Shown here one piece after another: positions 1 to 11,650 of a stretch of DNA of 64,000 nucleotides (positions are counted from its first letter, which is position 1; each line of letters begins with the position of its first letter). A model generated the notes under the pieces. It was not told the origin of the DNA, made no database searches, and saw only the letters and a program-made list of their open reading frames with translations. Source of the stretch: Sandaracinaceae bacterium (GTDB taxonomy: Bacteria > Myxococcota_A > Polyangia > Polyangiales > Sandaracinaceae); contig JBGAQA010000022.1 in assembly GCA_044220955.1 (NCBI GenBank), forward strand, positions 20,734 to 84,733, in the 5' to 3' direction. A program made the translations under genes and the position numbers.

Positions 1-491
1 TGAGCATGCTCGCGGAGTACTTCGCGCTCGAGGGATCGAGCGATCTCGTCGGGCTGCCCACCGATCCGGTGGGGCGCACGACGTACCGCGTGGGGATGGC
101 CGTCGTGCGCCGGCGCCTCTATGGGCGAGCGCGCGCGAGCGCGCCCTGGTTGCCGATGCCGTCGCCCTCCGCCGTGATCGAGCGCTCGCGGGCCCTGCTC
201 GGCGGCGCGCCGCGGGGCGAGGCCCAGATCACCGTCGCCAGCGTGCTCGGCGCGGCGGCCGAGGGCGGCCTCGACGGCGTCGTGCTCGCCTCGCCCTGGG
301 GCTGCGGGCCCGCCCTGGTGAGCGAGAGCGTGCTGCGGCGTCACCTCTCGCTCCCCCTCTTCGTCCTCTACAGCGACGGCTCGCCGCTCGACGAGCGCCG
401 CCTGGCGAGCTTCGCGTTCCGCGTACGTGCCCGCCGCGGAGACGCCGCGCCGCGCGGGCCCAGCCACGTCGACGCGTCTGCCGCGTCGTGA
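1..491 (+). CDS. C-terminal part of a 2-hydroxyacyl-CoA dehydratase/CoA-activase-related protein (5' end outside window)
   Basis: DGVVLASPWGCGP...PLFVLYSDG...RRLASF resembles the C-terminus of HgdC/BadF-type activase-dehydratase fusion proteins. Confidence 0.5.
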   Translation, partial: SMLAEYFALEGSSDLVGLPTDPVGRTTYRVGMAVVRRRLYGRARASAPWLPMPSPSAVIERSRALLGGAPRGEAQITVASVLGAAAEGGLDGVVLASPWGCGPALVSESVLRRHLSLPLFVLYSDGSPLDERRLASFAFRVRARRGDAAPRGPSHVDASAAS

Positions 492-556
492 CCGAGGCCG
501 CGCCGCGGCGCAGAGCAGGGCGCCGCGGCCGTCGCGATGTGATAGGTACGTGCCCG

Positions 557-1923
557 ATGCCTCGGGCGCTCGTGCTGATCCACCGGTGGCGTCCGCTTCG
601 GAGACGCGACACGGTCGTGTCGGCCCGGCTCGGCGGGGCGCTCGGGTGGATCCTGCTCTTGTCCGCGTGCGGGACGGGCCCGGAGCCGCGCGGCCCCTGC
701 ATGAGCGACGTCGAGTGCCGCGGCGATCGCATCTGCCACGAGGGGCGCTGCCGCTTCGAGGCGGAGGTGCGCGAGGAGCTCGGTCGGGCGCGCGCGTCGC
801 TCGAGACGTCGGGCGGCGCGATCGAGTCGGACGCCGCCGTGTCGCCGGACGCCGGCGCGAGCGCGAGCGCCGACGCCGCTCTGTCCGCGCCAGCGCTCGT
901 CGAGTCGCCGGCCTTCATGGGGGGGCCGCGCCACACCGGCCGAACGACGGCGCGCGGCCCGGCCACCGAGCCGTCGCAGCGCTGGGTCTACCGGACGGGC
1001 GCGCGCGTCTACGCCTCGCCGATCGTGGGGACGGACGGCACGATCTACGTCGGCTCGACCGATCGCACCTTCGTGGCCCTCGCGCCGGACGGGACGCTCC
1101 GGTTTCGCTACGCCGGTGGCGACCGCTTCTACGCGACGGCCGCGATCGACGCCGGCGGCAACCTCGTGGTCGGCAACCACGACGGCTCGGTCGTCTCCCT
1201 CACGAGCGCGGGCCAGGTCCGCTGGCGCCGCGAGCTCGGCGCGCCCGTCGACGCGAGCGTGGCGGTCGGCGACGACGGGACCCTCTTCGTCGCCGCCGAC
1301 GGCCTGCACGCGATCGATCCGCAGAGCGGTCAGGACCGCTGGCGCGTGGCGTCCCCCAGCCCCGTGCGCACGAGCCCGGCGCTACACCCTTCCGGCCTCG
1401 TGATCTTCGCGACGCCCGAGGGGCGCGTCACCGCGGTGCGCACGGCGAGCGGCGAGGTGGCCTGGGAGCACGCGCTCGGAGGCAGCACCGACTCGAGCCC
1501 GACCATCACGGACGATGGCCACGTCGTGATCGGCGACGATCTCAGCCACGTGACCGCGCTCGACGCGAGCGGCGCGCAGCTCTGGCAGGTGACCGTGGAG
1601 GGCGACGTGCGCGCGACGCCGGCGATCGCGCTCGACGGGACGATCGTCGTCGGCAGCGACGACCGCCGCATCTACGGGATCTCGCCCGCGGGCGAGATCC
1701 GCTACCGCGTGCCGACCAGCGGCCGCGTGCGCAGCTCCGCGCGCATCGACGCCGAGGGCCGCGCCTACGTGGGCTCGCAGGACGACTACCTCTACGTCAT
1801 CGCACCGGACGGCACGCTGCTGTATCGGCACGGCCTCGGCCGCGACGTCGACTCCACGTGTGCCATCACCGCGGACGGAACGATCGTGGTCGGCGTCGAC
1901 GACGGCGGTGTGTACGCATTGCG

Positions 1924-1927
<4 letters not shown>
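557..1927 (+). CDS. PQQ-like beta-propeller repeat lipoprotein (BamB-like fold)
   Basis: Lipobox LLLSAC; Cys motif CMSDVECRGDRICHEGRC; about 8 repeats of type SP.I..DGTIYVGS.D....A...G..RW; stop overlaps rnr start (ATGA); exact start uncertain (488/557/617). Confidence 0.8.
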
Positions 1928-4214
<2,287 letters not shown>

Positions 4215-4215
<1 letters not shown>

Positions 4216-5582
4216 TGTCGAAGGGCCGTCCAGTTCCCAAGTCCACGCCCGCGCCGGCCAAGACCGGACGCCGCTACTCGACGCCGGAGCTGATCGCGAA
4301 GAAGCGCGACGGCGCGGAGCTCGCCGAGGGCGAGATCCGCCAGCTCGTCGAGGGCTTCACGCGCGGGGAGGTCGCCGACTACCAGATGACCGCGTTCGCG
4401 ATGGCGGCGCTCATCCGCGGCATGTCGCCGGCGGAGACGGTGTCGATGACGCTCGCGATGCGCGACAGCGGCAGCGTCGTGGACACGAGCGGTATCCGGC
4501 AGGCCAAGGTCGACAAGCACTCGACCGGGGGCGTCGGGGACAAGGTCTCGATCTGCCTCGCGCCGCTCGTGGCGGCGTGCGGCGTCGCGGTCCCGATGGT
4601 GAGCGGCCGCGGGCTCGGCCACACGGGCGGGACGCTCGACAAGCTCGAGGCGATCCCCGGCTTCAGCGTGTCGATGGAGACGCCCCAGTTCGTGCAGCAG
4701 GTCAAGGATCTCGGCTGCGCGCTCATCGGCCAGACGGCCGACATCGCGCCGGCGGACAAGCGCCTCTACGCCCTGCGGGACGTGACGGCGACCGTCGAGT
4801 CCATCCCGCTGATCACCGCGAGCATCCTCAGCAAGAAGCTCGCGGAGGGCATCGACGCGCTGGTCCTCGACGTGAAGGTCGGCCGCGGCGCGTTCATGAA
4901 GACCCTGCGCGACGCGCGCCTGCTCGCGAGCTCGCTCGTGCGGGTGGGGCGCCTGGCCAAGAAGCAGGTCACGGCGTTCATCACTCCCATGGAGGCGCCG
5001 CTCGGCCGCGCGATCGGCAACGCGCTCGAGACCGCCGAGGCCTTCGAGATCCTGCACGGCCGCGGTCCGGACGATCTGCGAGAGCTGACGCTGATCCTCG
5101 GCGCCGAGATGCTCAGGCTCGGCGGCGTCGCGAGGAACGAGGGCGACGGCCGCAAGCAGCTCGAGGCGGCGATCGCGAACGGCCGCGGCGCGGGCCGGAT
5201 GCGACAGATCGTGCGCGCGCAGGGCGGCGACGCGCGGACGATCGACGAGCCGGATCGCCTCCCGCAGGCGCGTCATCAGGTGCCCATCGTCGCGACCCGG
5301 AGCGGGTTCGTCACGGCCGCGGACGCGCTCGACCTCGGGCTCGCGGCGGTCGCCATGGGCGCGGGTCGCACGCGCGCCGATCAGAGCGTCGACGCGCGCG
5401 TGGGCATCGTGCTGAACGCCAAGCCCGGCGAGCCGATCAAGCGCGGGGAGCCGCTCGCGACGCTCCACGTGAACGACGCCACCGTCGACGAGTCGCTGAA
5501 GAGGCGCGTCGCGGGCGCCTTCGAGGTCGGTGCGCGCCCGCCGAGGCCCTCGCCGCTCGTCCTCGACGTCATCCGGAAGTAG
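4215..5582 (+). CDS. deoA: Thymidine / pyrimidine-nucleoside phosphorylase
   Basis: DKHSTGGVGDK, SGRGLGHTGGTLDKLE, ALRDVTATV, SILSKK, LDVKVGRGAFMK; TGATG coupling to rnr. Confidence 0.93.
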
Positions 5583-5677
5583 CCGGGCTCTCGCGCTCGC
5601 TCTCCGGCGCTGACCCCTTGTGGGCCCGGCGCGTTGTCCCTACGCTCCCGGCCTCGTTTCCCGAAGGAGAGATGCTC

Positions 5678-6256
5678 ATGACGTTCACGCTCCCCGAGCT
5701 CCCGTACGCCAAGGACGCCCTCGCGCCGCACATCTCGGCCGAGACCCTCGAGTTCCACTACGGCAAGCACCACCAGACGTACGTGAACAACCTCAACACC
5801 TTCGCGAAGGACGACGCGTCGCTGAGCGGCAAGTCCTACGAGGACCTCGTCCGCGCCGCGAGCGGCAAGGTCTTCAACAACGCCGCGCAGGTCTGGAACC
5901 ACACGTTCTACTGGCAGTCGCTCCGTCCGGGCGGCGGCGGCGAGCCGACGGGCGCGGTGAAGGCGGCGATCGAGAAGAGCTTCGGATCGTTCGGCGCCTT
6001 CAAGGAGAAGTTCAGCGCGACGGCCGTGGGCCACTTCGGCTCGGGCTGGGCGTGGCTGGTGAAGACCGAGAGCGGCCTCGAGATCGTGGACACGCACGAC
6101 GCAGGCTGCCCGCTCACCCAGAACAAGAAGCCGCTCCTGACCTGCGACGTCTGGGAGCACGCGTACTACATCGACTATCGCAACGCGCGCGCGAAGTACG
6201 TCGAGTCGTGGTGGAACCTGGTGAACTGGGACCACGCGAACAGGCAGATCGGCTGA
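5678..6256 (+). CDS. sodB: Superoxide dismutase [Fe]
   Basis: HYGKHH, FNNAAQVWNHTFYW (AAQ is typical of Fe-SOD), FGSGWAWL, DVWEHAYY; SD AAGGAG upstream; alternative start 5672. Confidence 0.95.
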   Translation: MTFTLPELPYAKDALAPHISAETLEFHYGKHHQTYVNNLNTFAKDDASLSGKSYEDLVRAASGKVFNNAAQVWNHTFYWQSLRPGGGGEPTGAVKAAIEKSFGSFGAFKEKFSATAVGHFGSGWAWLVKTESGLEIVDTHDAGCPLTQNKKPLLTCDVWEHAYYIDYRNARAKYVESWWNLVNWDHANRQIG

Positions 6257-6494
6257 GCGAGGCCGCTCGCTCGCCGAGATCCTGCGCACGCAGGGCGACC
6301 ACGCGACGCACCTGCTGCGTCTCGCGCTCGCGGGTTTGGTCGTCGGAGGGCTCTCGGTTCGGTCGATCGGGAACAATCGACCGGTCCGGGGAGTCGGATC
6401 ACCAAGCCGGGACCCCGGCTCGCGCGTCTCACGCGGGGAGGCAGCTCGCCGATGCTGCCTCGGGCCCCGACATCCCGTAGGATCTCCGTACTTC

Positions 6495-8420
6495 ATGGCT
6501 GGCTTGCCCACCCTCACGCCTGGGACGCTGTTCGCGCGCGACTTCCAGGTGATCGGCCTGCTCGCGGAGGGCGGGATGGGGGCCGTCTACGTCGTCGAGC
6601 AGGTCTCGACGGGCAAGCGCCGCGCGCTGAAGATCATGCTGCCGCAGCTCGTCGAGGACCGGCGCGCCCGCGAGCGCTTCGCGATGGAGGCGCGCATCGG
6701 CGCGCAGATCGAGAGCGAGCACATCGTCGAGGTGGTCGGCGCCGGCGTCGACGAGGCGACGCAGACCCCGTGGCTCGCCATGGAGATGCTCGAGGGGCAG
6801 GATCTGTCCCACCTGATGCGCATCCGCGGGCGCCTGCCGCCCGAGGAGGCGATCGAGATGCTCCAGCAGGTCGGCGAGGGCCTCGGCCCGGCGCACGCCA
6901 AGGGCATCGTCCACCGGGACCTCAAGCCGGAGAACCTCTTCATCGCCGTCAGCCGCCGGCGCGGCGTCCCCTTCACCCTCAAGATCCTCGACTTCGGCAT
7001 CGCGAAGCTGACGCAGGAGAGCCGCGCGACCGCGAGCGCGACGGCCGCGATCGGCTCGCCGATGTGGATGGCGCCCGAGCAGACGGAGCAGACGGCGCAG
7101 CTTCGCCCGTCGACCGACGTCTGGGCGATCGGCCTCATCGCGTTCTACATGCTGACCGGTCGTTACTACTGGCGCGTCGCCAACGAGCCCGAGGTCCGCC
7201 TCACCGCGCTCTTCACCGAGGTGCTCGTCACGCCGCTCGATCCGCCGAGCGTGCGCGCGGCACAAGCCGGGCTCGCGCACCTGGTCCCGCCGGGCTTCGA
7301 CGTCTGGTTCTCGCGCTGTGTCGCGCGCGCGCCCGACCAGCGCTTCCCCGACGCGTCGAGCGCCATCGCGGCGATCGGCCCCGGCTTCACGTACCGCGAT
7401 CCGACGGGGCCCGTGGTCCCCGTCACGATCGCGAGCGAGTCCAGGCGCGGGATCGTCGCGCCGACGATGCCCATGCAGGCTGTATCCCGCTCCGCGCCGT
7501 ACACGCCCCAGCCGGCGCACGCGCCCGTGCAGGCCGCCGCGAGCGCGCCCGTGAGCCCGTACACCGCGAGCGCCCCGAGCCCGTACGTGACGAGCACGCC
7601 TTACAGCGTGCAGGGCCCCTCGACCGCGACGGGCGGGGTCGCGCGTCCGAGCGGCGGCGGCACGGGGCGCACCATCGCGCTGGTCGCCGGGCTCTTCCTG
7701 CTCGGCGCGGGCGGAGCCGCCGCGACCCTCGGTGGCCTGATGCTCTACGAGCGCTTCGGCGATCGCGGTGGCGACGGGACGGTGGCGGGCGGCGGCGGCG
7801 GGACCACGACGCCCGAGCTCACGCCCGCCCCGGCCGACGCGGGGGTCGCGCCGCCCGAGCCGGACGCCTACGTCCCTCGGGGGCAGGATCCGACCGACGT
7901 CCTCGCGGGCGTCAGCGGCGCGACCGACGAGACCGACGCGACGGGTGACTCGACGCCCGATCCCACATCCGATCCATCGTCCCGTGCGCACCGGCCACGC
8001 GCCGGGACGCGCGCCTCGACCGAGACCACCGCGAGCAGCGACGAGGGAGGCGACGACGGCAGCGGAGGCGGCTACGCGTGGTCCGAGGGCGCGCTGGCCT
8101 TCAACGGGACGTACTCGCACTCCGGCTACCGCTACCAGATGACGTTCAACCTGGTTCGTACCGGCTCGAGCGTGAGCGGATCCATCTTCGTCGTGTGCGA
8201 GGGCGCGCCCGCCGATCAGAGCTCGCTCGTCGGCCGCTCCGCCATGGAGTGGGTCAGCGGCACGTACGCCTCGAGCGGCGCGCTGAGCTTGACGGGCTCG
8301 CGCAGCACCGACGAGTCGGTCTGGACGGCGGGGACCTACCGCCTGACGCTCTCGGCGAGCGGGCAGGTGAGCGGCCGCAGCACCTCCGACGCCGGAAGCC
8401 GAATCACCGGCCACACTTGA
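6495..8420 (+). CDS. Membrane-anchored Hanks-type Ser/Thr protein kinase
   Basis: EGGMGAVY, ALK, VHRDLKPEN, DFG, APE, TDVWAIG; Pro-rich linker, one TM helix, extracytoplasmic beta-rich C-terminal domain. Confidence 0.93.
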   Translation: MAGLPTLTPGTLFARDFQVIGLLAEGGMGAVYVVEQVSTGKRRALKIMLPQLVEDRRARERFAMEARIGAQIESEHIVEVVGAGVDEATQTPWLAMEMLEGQDLSHLMRIRGRLPPEEAIEMLQQVGEGLGPAHAKGIVHRDLKPENLFIAVSRRRGVPFTLKILDFGIAKLTQESRATASATAAIGSPMWMAPEQTEQTAQLRPSTDVWAIGLIAFYMLTGRYYWRVANEPEVRLTALFTEVLVTPLDPPSVRAAQAGLAHLVPPGFDVWFSRCVARAPDQRFPDASSAIAAIGPGFTYRDPTGPVVPVTIASESRRGIVAPTMPMQAVSRSAPYTPQPAHAPVQAAASAPVSPYTASAPSPYVTSTPYSVQGPSTATGGVARPSGGGTGRTIALVAGLFLLGAGGAAATLGGLMLYERFGDRGGDGTVAGGGGGTTTPELTPAPADAGVAPPEPDAYVPRGQDPTDVLAGVSGATDETDATGDSTPDPTSDPSSRAHRPRAGTRASTETTASSDEGGDDGSGGGYAWSEGALAFNGTYSHSGYRYQMTFNLVRTGSSVSGSIFVVCEGAPADQSSLVGRSAMEWVSGTYASSGALSLTGSRSTDESVWTAGTYRLTLSASGQVSGRSTSDAGSRITGHT

Positions 8421-8423
8421 TTT

Positions 8424-8490
8424 CTCGGGGCCGATGCCGGCCCCGCCCCGCCCGCCGGAGCCGGATCGGGGCCCCACCCCTCGCTCCACT
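8424..8490. repeat. REP-like dispersed palindromic element, copy A (inverted relative to 13264-13331)
   Basis: 8424-8450 is the exact 27-nt reverse complement of 13305-13331; 8467-8480 matches 13273-13286; lies between convergent genes. Confidence 0.8.
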
Positions 8491-8598
8491 TCCTCGCTGC
8501 GCGCGCCACGTCCACTACGTCGCTGCGCTCCTCCGTTCCCTCCGCTTCCTCCGCTCGGCGCGAGGGAGACGGCGAACCAAGACCGGGGCCGCGGGGGC

Positions 8599-10056
8599 TC
8601 AGGGACAGGTGGCGGCGGGGGTCGCGGGGGCGACCACGCCGGTGACCGTCGCGAAGTGCGGCGTGGAGAAGTCGAACATGTCGAGCATCGCGTCCGCGTT
8701 GGCGTCGCGGCCCGTGATCGCCGGCAGATCGAAGATGGTCTCGATGAAGCGCAGGATGCTCGTGTGCGCGTGGGTCAGCCGCGAGTTGTAGCCGGGGCGC
8801 GAGTAGGGCGACACCACCGCGACCGGGACGCGCATGCCGAGGCGGTCGAACGCCGCCTGCGAGGGTGCGGCGAGGCAGGCCGTCGGGGGCGGGACGTGGT
8901 CGAAGTAGCCGCCGTTCTCGTCGTACGTGAAGAACACGGCCGTGTTCGCCCAGATCGGGCTGGCGAAGATCTGCTGCAAGAGCGCGTGCACCGCGACCTC
9001 GCCCGCGCGCATGTCCCCGTTGTCGGGGTGCTCGTCCGAGGGCTCCATGTCCACGAACACCACGGGCGGGACGGCCGTGCCCGCGGCGAGCAGCGGCGCC
9101 AGATCCGAGAACGGGTGCACGCCGGCGCGCGCACAGAAGCCGGTCGGCGGGTTCGGCGGGTCCCACGTGCCGTGCAGCGCGCCCTCGAGGCACTCGCGGT
9201 TCGGGTTCGTCATCACGTAGTCGCCCCACGCGAGCGGCGGGGTCGCGTGCTCGAGGCGATCGAAGATCGTCACCGTCGGAACGCGGCTGACGTCGCCGGT
9301 GTTCTGGATGCCGTTGCTCGTGCCGGCGTACAGGTAGTCGCGGTTGGCCCACGTGCCGCTGAGCACGTCGCAGAAGTAGCGGTCGCTCGTGGCGAACGTG
9401 GACAGGAGCCACGTGTAGAACGGGTGGTCGGCCTCCGAGTAGTAGGCCATCGCGTCCATGCCGCCGCTCGTCACGAAGCCGTCCATCGCGCCCATGTGCC
9501 AGCCGGCGTGGATCGCGGCCCACTGGTGCGGCGGGTCCGTCAGGCAGAAGTTCGGCGCGTGGAAGGGTGCGACCGTGCCGCCCGCGCCGTCGGGGTTGGT
9601 GAACGTGGCCGGGAAGCCCTCCCAGCCATTCGTGTTCACCCCGAACATGTGATCGAAGGAGCGGTTCTCCTGCATGATCACGATGACGTGCTGGATGGCG
9701 CCGCGGGCCGCGGCGAGCTCGGCGGGCGTGCCGACCGTGTCGTCGGGATCGGCGAGCGCGCCGAACGCACAGGCCTGGCGGCGGCCGAAGTTCGGGTCGG
9801 TCGCGAGGCCGCCGTCGGCGAAGTCGAACGCGTCGACGTTGGCGTCGACCGGGGGCGCGAAGGCGTCCGTGCCGGCGTCGCCCGGGGCAGGGCCGGCGTC
9901 GTTGCCGGCGTCGCTGCCGCTCGCTGCGTCGATGCCCGCGTCGCCGCCGCACGCGGCGCACGCGTCGGGCGTGCCGGCGGGTGGGTTGCTGCAGCCGAGG
10001 AGCGCGGCGAGGACGGCGAGGGCGGCGGAGCCTGAGGGGCGGGTGAGCGACTTCAT
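8599..10056 (-). CDS. Phospholipase C / acid phosphatase (phosphoesterase, PlcH/AcpA family) lipoprotein, paralog 1
   Basis: Lipobox ALLGC; IQHVIVIMQENRSFDHMFG, DPPH, GTWANR, DEHP, TYDENGGYFDHVPPP, GMRVP. Confidence 0.9.
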   Translation of the reverse strand: MKSLTRPSGSAALAVLAALLGCSNPPAGTPDACAACGGDAGIDAASGSDAGNDAGPAPGDAGTDAFAPPVDANVDAFDFADGGLATDPNFGRRQACAFGALADPDDTVGTPAELAAARGAIQHVIVIMQENRSFDHMFGVNTNGWEGFPATFTNPDGAGGTVAPFHAPNFCLTDPPHQWAAIHAGWHMGAMDGFVTSGGMDAMAYYSEADHPFYTWLLSTFATSDRYFCDVLSGTWANRDYLYAGTSNGIQNTGDVSRVPTVTIFDRLEHATPPLAWGDYVMTNPNRECLEGALHGTWDPPNPPTGFCARAGVHPFSDLAPLLAAGTAVPPVVFVDMEPSDEHPDNGDMRAGEVAVHALLQQIFASPIWANTAVFFTYDENGGYFDHVPPPTACLAAPSQAAFDRLGMRVPVAVVSPYSRPGYNSRLTHAHTSILRFIETIFDLPAITGRDANADAMLDMFDFSTPHFATVTGVVAPATPAATCP

Positions 10057-10110
10057 GGACCTAACGTTCCGTGAGGCGCGGCGCGCCGTCAAGCGCGGTA
10101 CGATGCCCGG

Positions 10111-11559
10111 ATGCGCGCCACATCCCCCGTCCTGGCCATGGGTCTCGCCGTCCTCAGCGCCTGCGCGGCGCAGCCCGCGCCCGACGACTCCGGGGCCGCC
10201 GGGGTCGACGCGGGGACGGACGGTTCGAGCGGCCGTCCCGACACGGGGCCCCGCGATGCCGGGACGGACGCGCGCATCCCCTACGACGTCGGGACCTTCA
10301 CGCGGCAGCCGGAGGCGACCGTCGGCCCGGGCCGCTCCACGTGCGCCTACGCGCGCGGAGCGATGCCCTGGGAGACGATCGGCAGCGAGTACCCGCTCGG
10401 CGACGCCATCCCGATCAACCACTGGATCATCCTCATGCAGGAGAACCGGAGCTTCGACCACTACTTCGGCTCGATGGCCGGCGTGGACGGGATCCCCGCC
10501 GGCGCGTCGAACCCGCACGCCGACGGCACGCCCGTGCCGGCGTTCCACACCGACGCGTTCTGCGTCGAAGACCCCTCGCACAGCTGGCGCGGCTCGCACC
10601 GGGAGTGGAACGGCGGCGCCAACGACGGCTTCGTGATCGCCAACGGCGACACCGACCGCGCCATGGGCTTCTTCACGGAGGAAGACCTGCCGTTCTACTA
10701 CGACCTCGCGCGGACGTTCGCGATGAGCGACCACTACCACTGCGGGGTGCTCGGGCCGACGCAGGTGAACCGCATGTACATCATGAGCGCGACCTCGTTC
10801 GGCATGACCACGAACGACGTGATCCCGGAGGGCCGCTTCCCGCTCGACGAGGATCACACGCTCATGCAGCAGCTCGATCGCGCGGGCGTGCCCTGGCACA
10901 TCTACTACGCGTCGGTGCCCTGGGTGTGGCTGCCCTACTCGAGCTACGCGCTCGCCCCGGGGCAGCGCTCGCGCATGTCGTCGCTCACCGGCTTCTACGA
11001 CGACCTCGCGGCGGGCAACATCGCCGACGTCGTCTGGATCGACCCCGCGTGGACGGTCACGGGCACCGAGCAGACGGACGAGCACCCGCCCGCGAACCCC
11101 CAGTTCGGTCAGCGGTGGATCCGCGACCTCGTCACGCACGTGATGGACAGCCCGATCTGGAGCGACACGGCCATCGTCTTCACGTACGACGAGCACGGCG
11201 GGTTCTACGATCACGTGCCGCCCCCCGAGGCGTGCCCGCCCGGCGACTTCGAGCCGGACCTCACGGCGAGCGACCCTCCGGGTCGCTTCGACCGCCACGG
11301 GTTCCGCGTGCCCTTCGTGATCGCCAGCCCCTACGCGCGGGCGGGCTACGTGTCCGACCAGGTGGCCGACCACGCCAGCGTCGTGCGCCTGCTGCAGGCC
11401 CGCTACCTGCTCCCGGCGATGACGGGCCGCGACGCGAACGCCTGGCCGCTCTACGACATGTTCGACTTCGAGCACGTGAACCCGGCGACGAGCGCAGATC
11501 TGGCCGCAGCTCCGATCGACCCGGCCGCGATGGCGGCCTGCCGCGCCTCGGGGCTCTGA
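10111..11559 (+). CDS. Phospholipase C / acid phosphatase (phosphoesterase family) lipoprotein, paralog 2
   Basis: Lipobox VLSAC; INHWIILMQENRSFDHYFG, GPTQVNR, DEHP, TYDEHGGFYDHVPPP, GFRVP. Confidence 0.9.
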   Translation: MRATSPVLAMGLAVLSACAAQPAPDDSGAAGVDAGTDGSSGRPDTGPRDAGTDARIPYDVGTFTRQPEATVGPGRSTCAYARGAMPWETIGSEYPLGDAIPINHWIILMQENRSFDHYFGSMAGVDGIPAGASNPHADGTPVPAFHTDAFCVEDPSHSWRGSHREWNGGANDGFVIANGDTDRAMGFFTEEDLPFYYDLARTFAMSDHYHCGVLGPTQVNRMYIMSATSFGMTTNDVIPEGRFPLDEDHTLMQQLDRAGVPWHIYYASVPWVWLPYSSYALAPGQRSRMSSLTGFYDDLAAGNIADVVWIDPAWTVTGTEQTDEHPPANPQFGQRWIRDLVTHVMDSPIWSDTAIVFTYDEHGGFYDHVPPPEACPPGDFEPDLTASDPPGRFDRHGFRVPFVIASPYARAGYVSDQVADHASVVRLLQARYLLPAMTGRDANAWPLYDMFDFEHVNPATSADLAAAPIDPAAMAACRASGL

Positions 11560-11650
11560 CGGAAGCTCGTCCGGAGAGGGGATGGGAGCGTGCGGGGGAG
11601 GGCGACGCGCGCTATCCCACGCCCTTCGTTTTTTCCGCTCAGGAGCTTTC

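Noticed and set aside
427..1923. Apparent N-terminal extensions of rnr (also of sodB, plc1, the phosphatase and the helicase) in the ORF track
   Set aside because: The extensions overlap real upstream genes and are compositionally non-coding; the true starts are supported by coupling, SD or -10 signals
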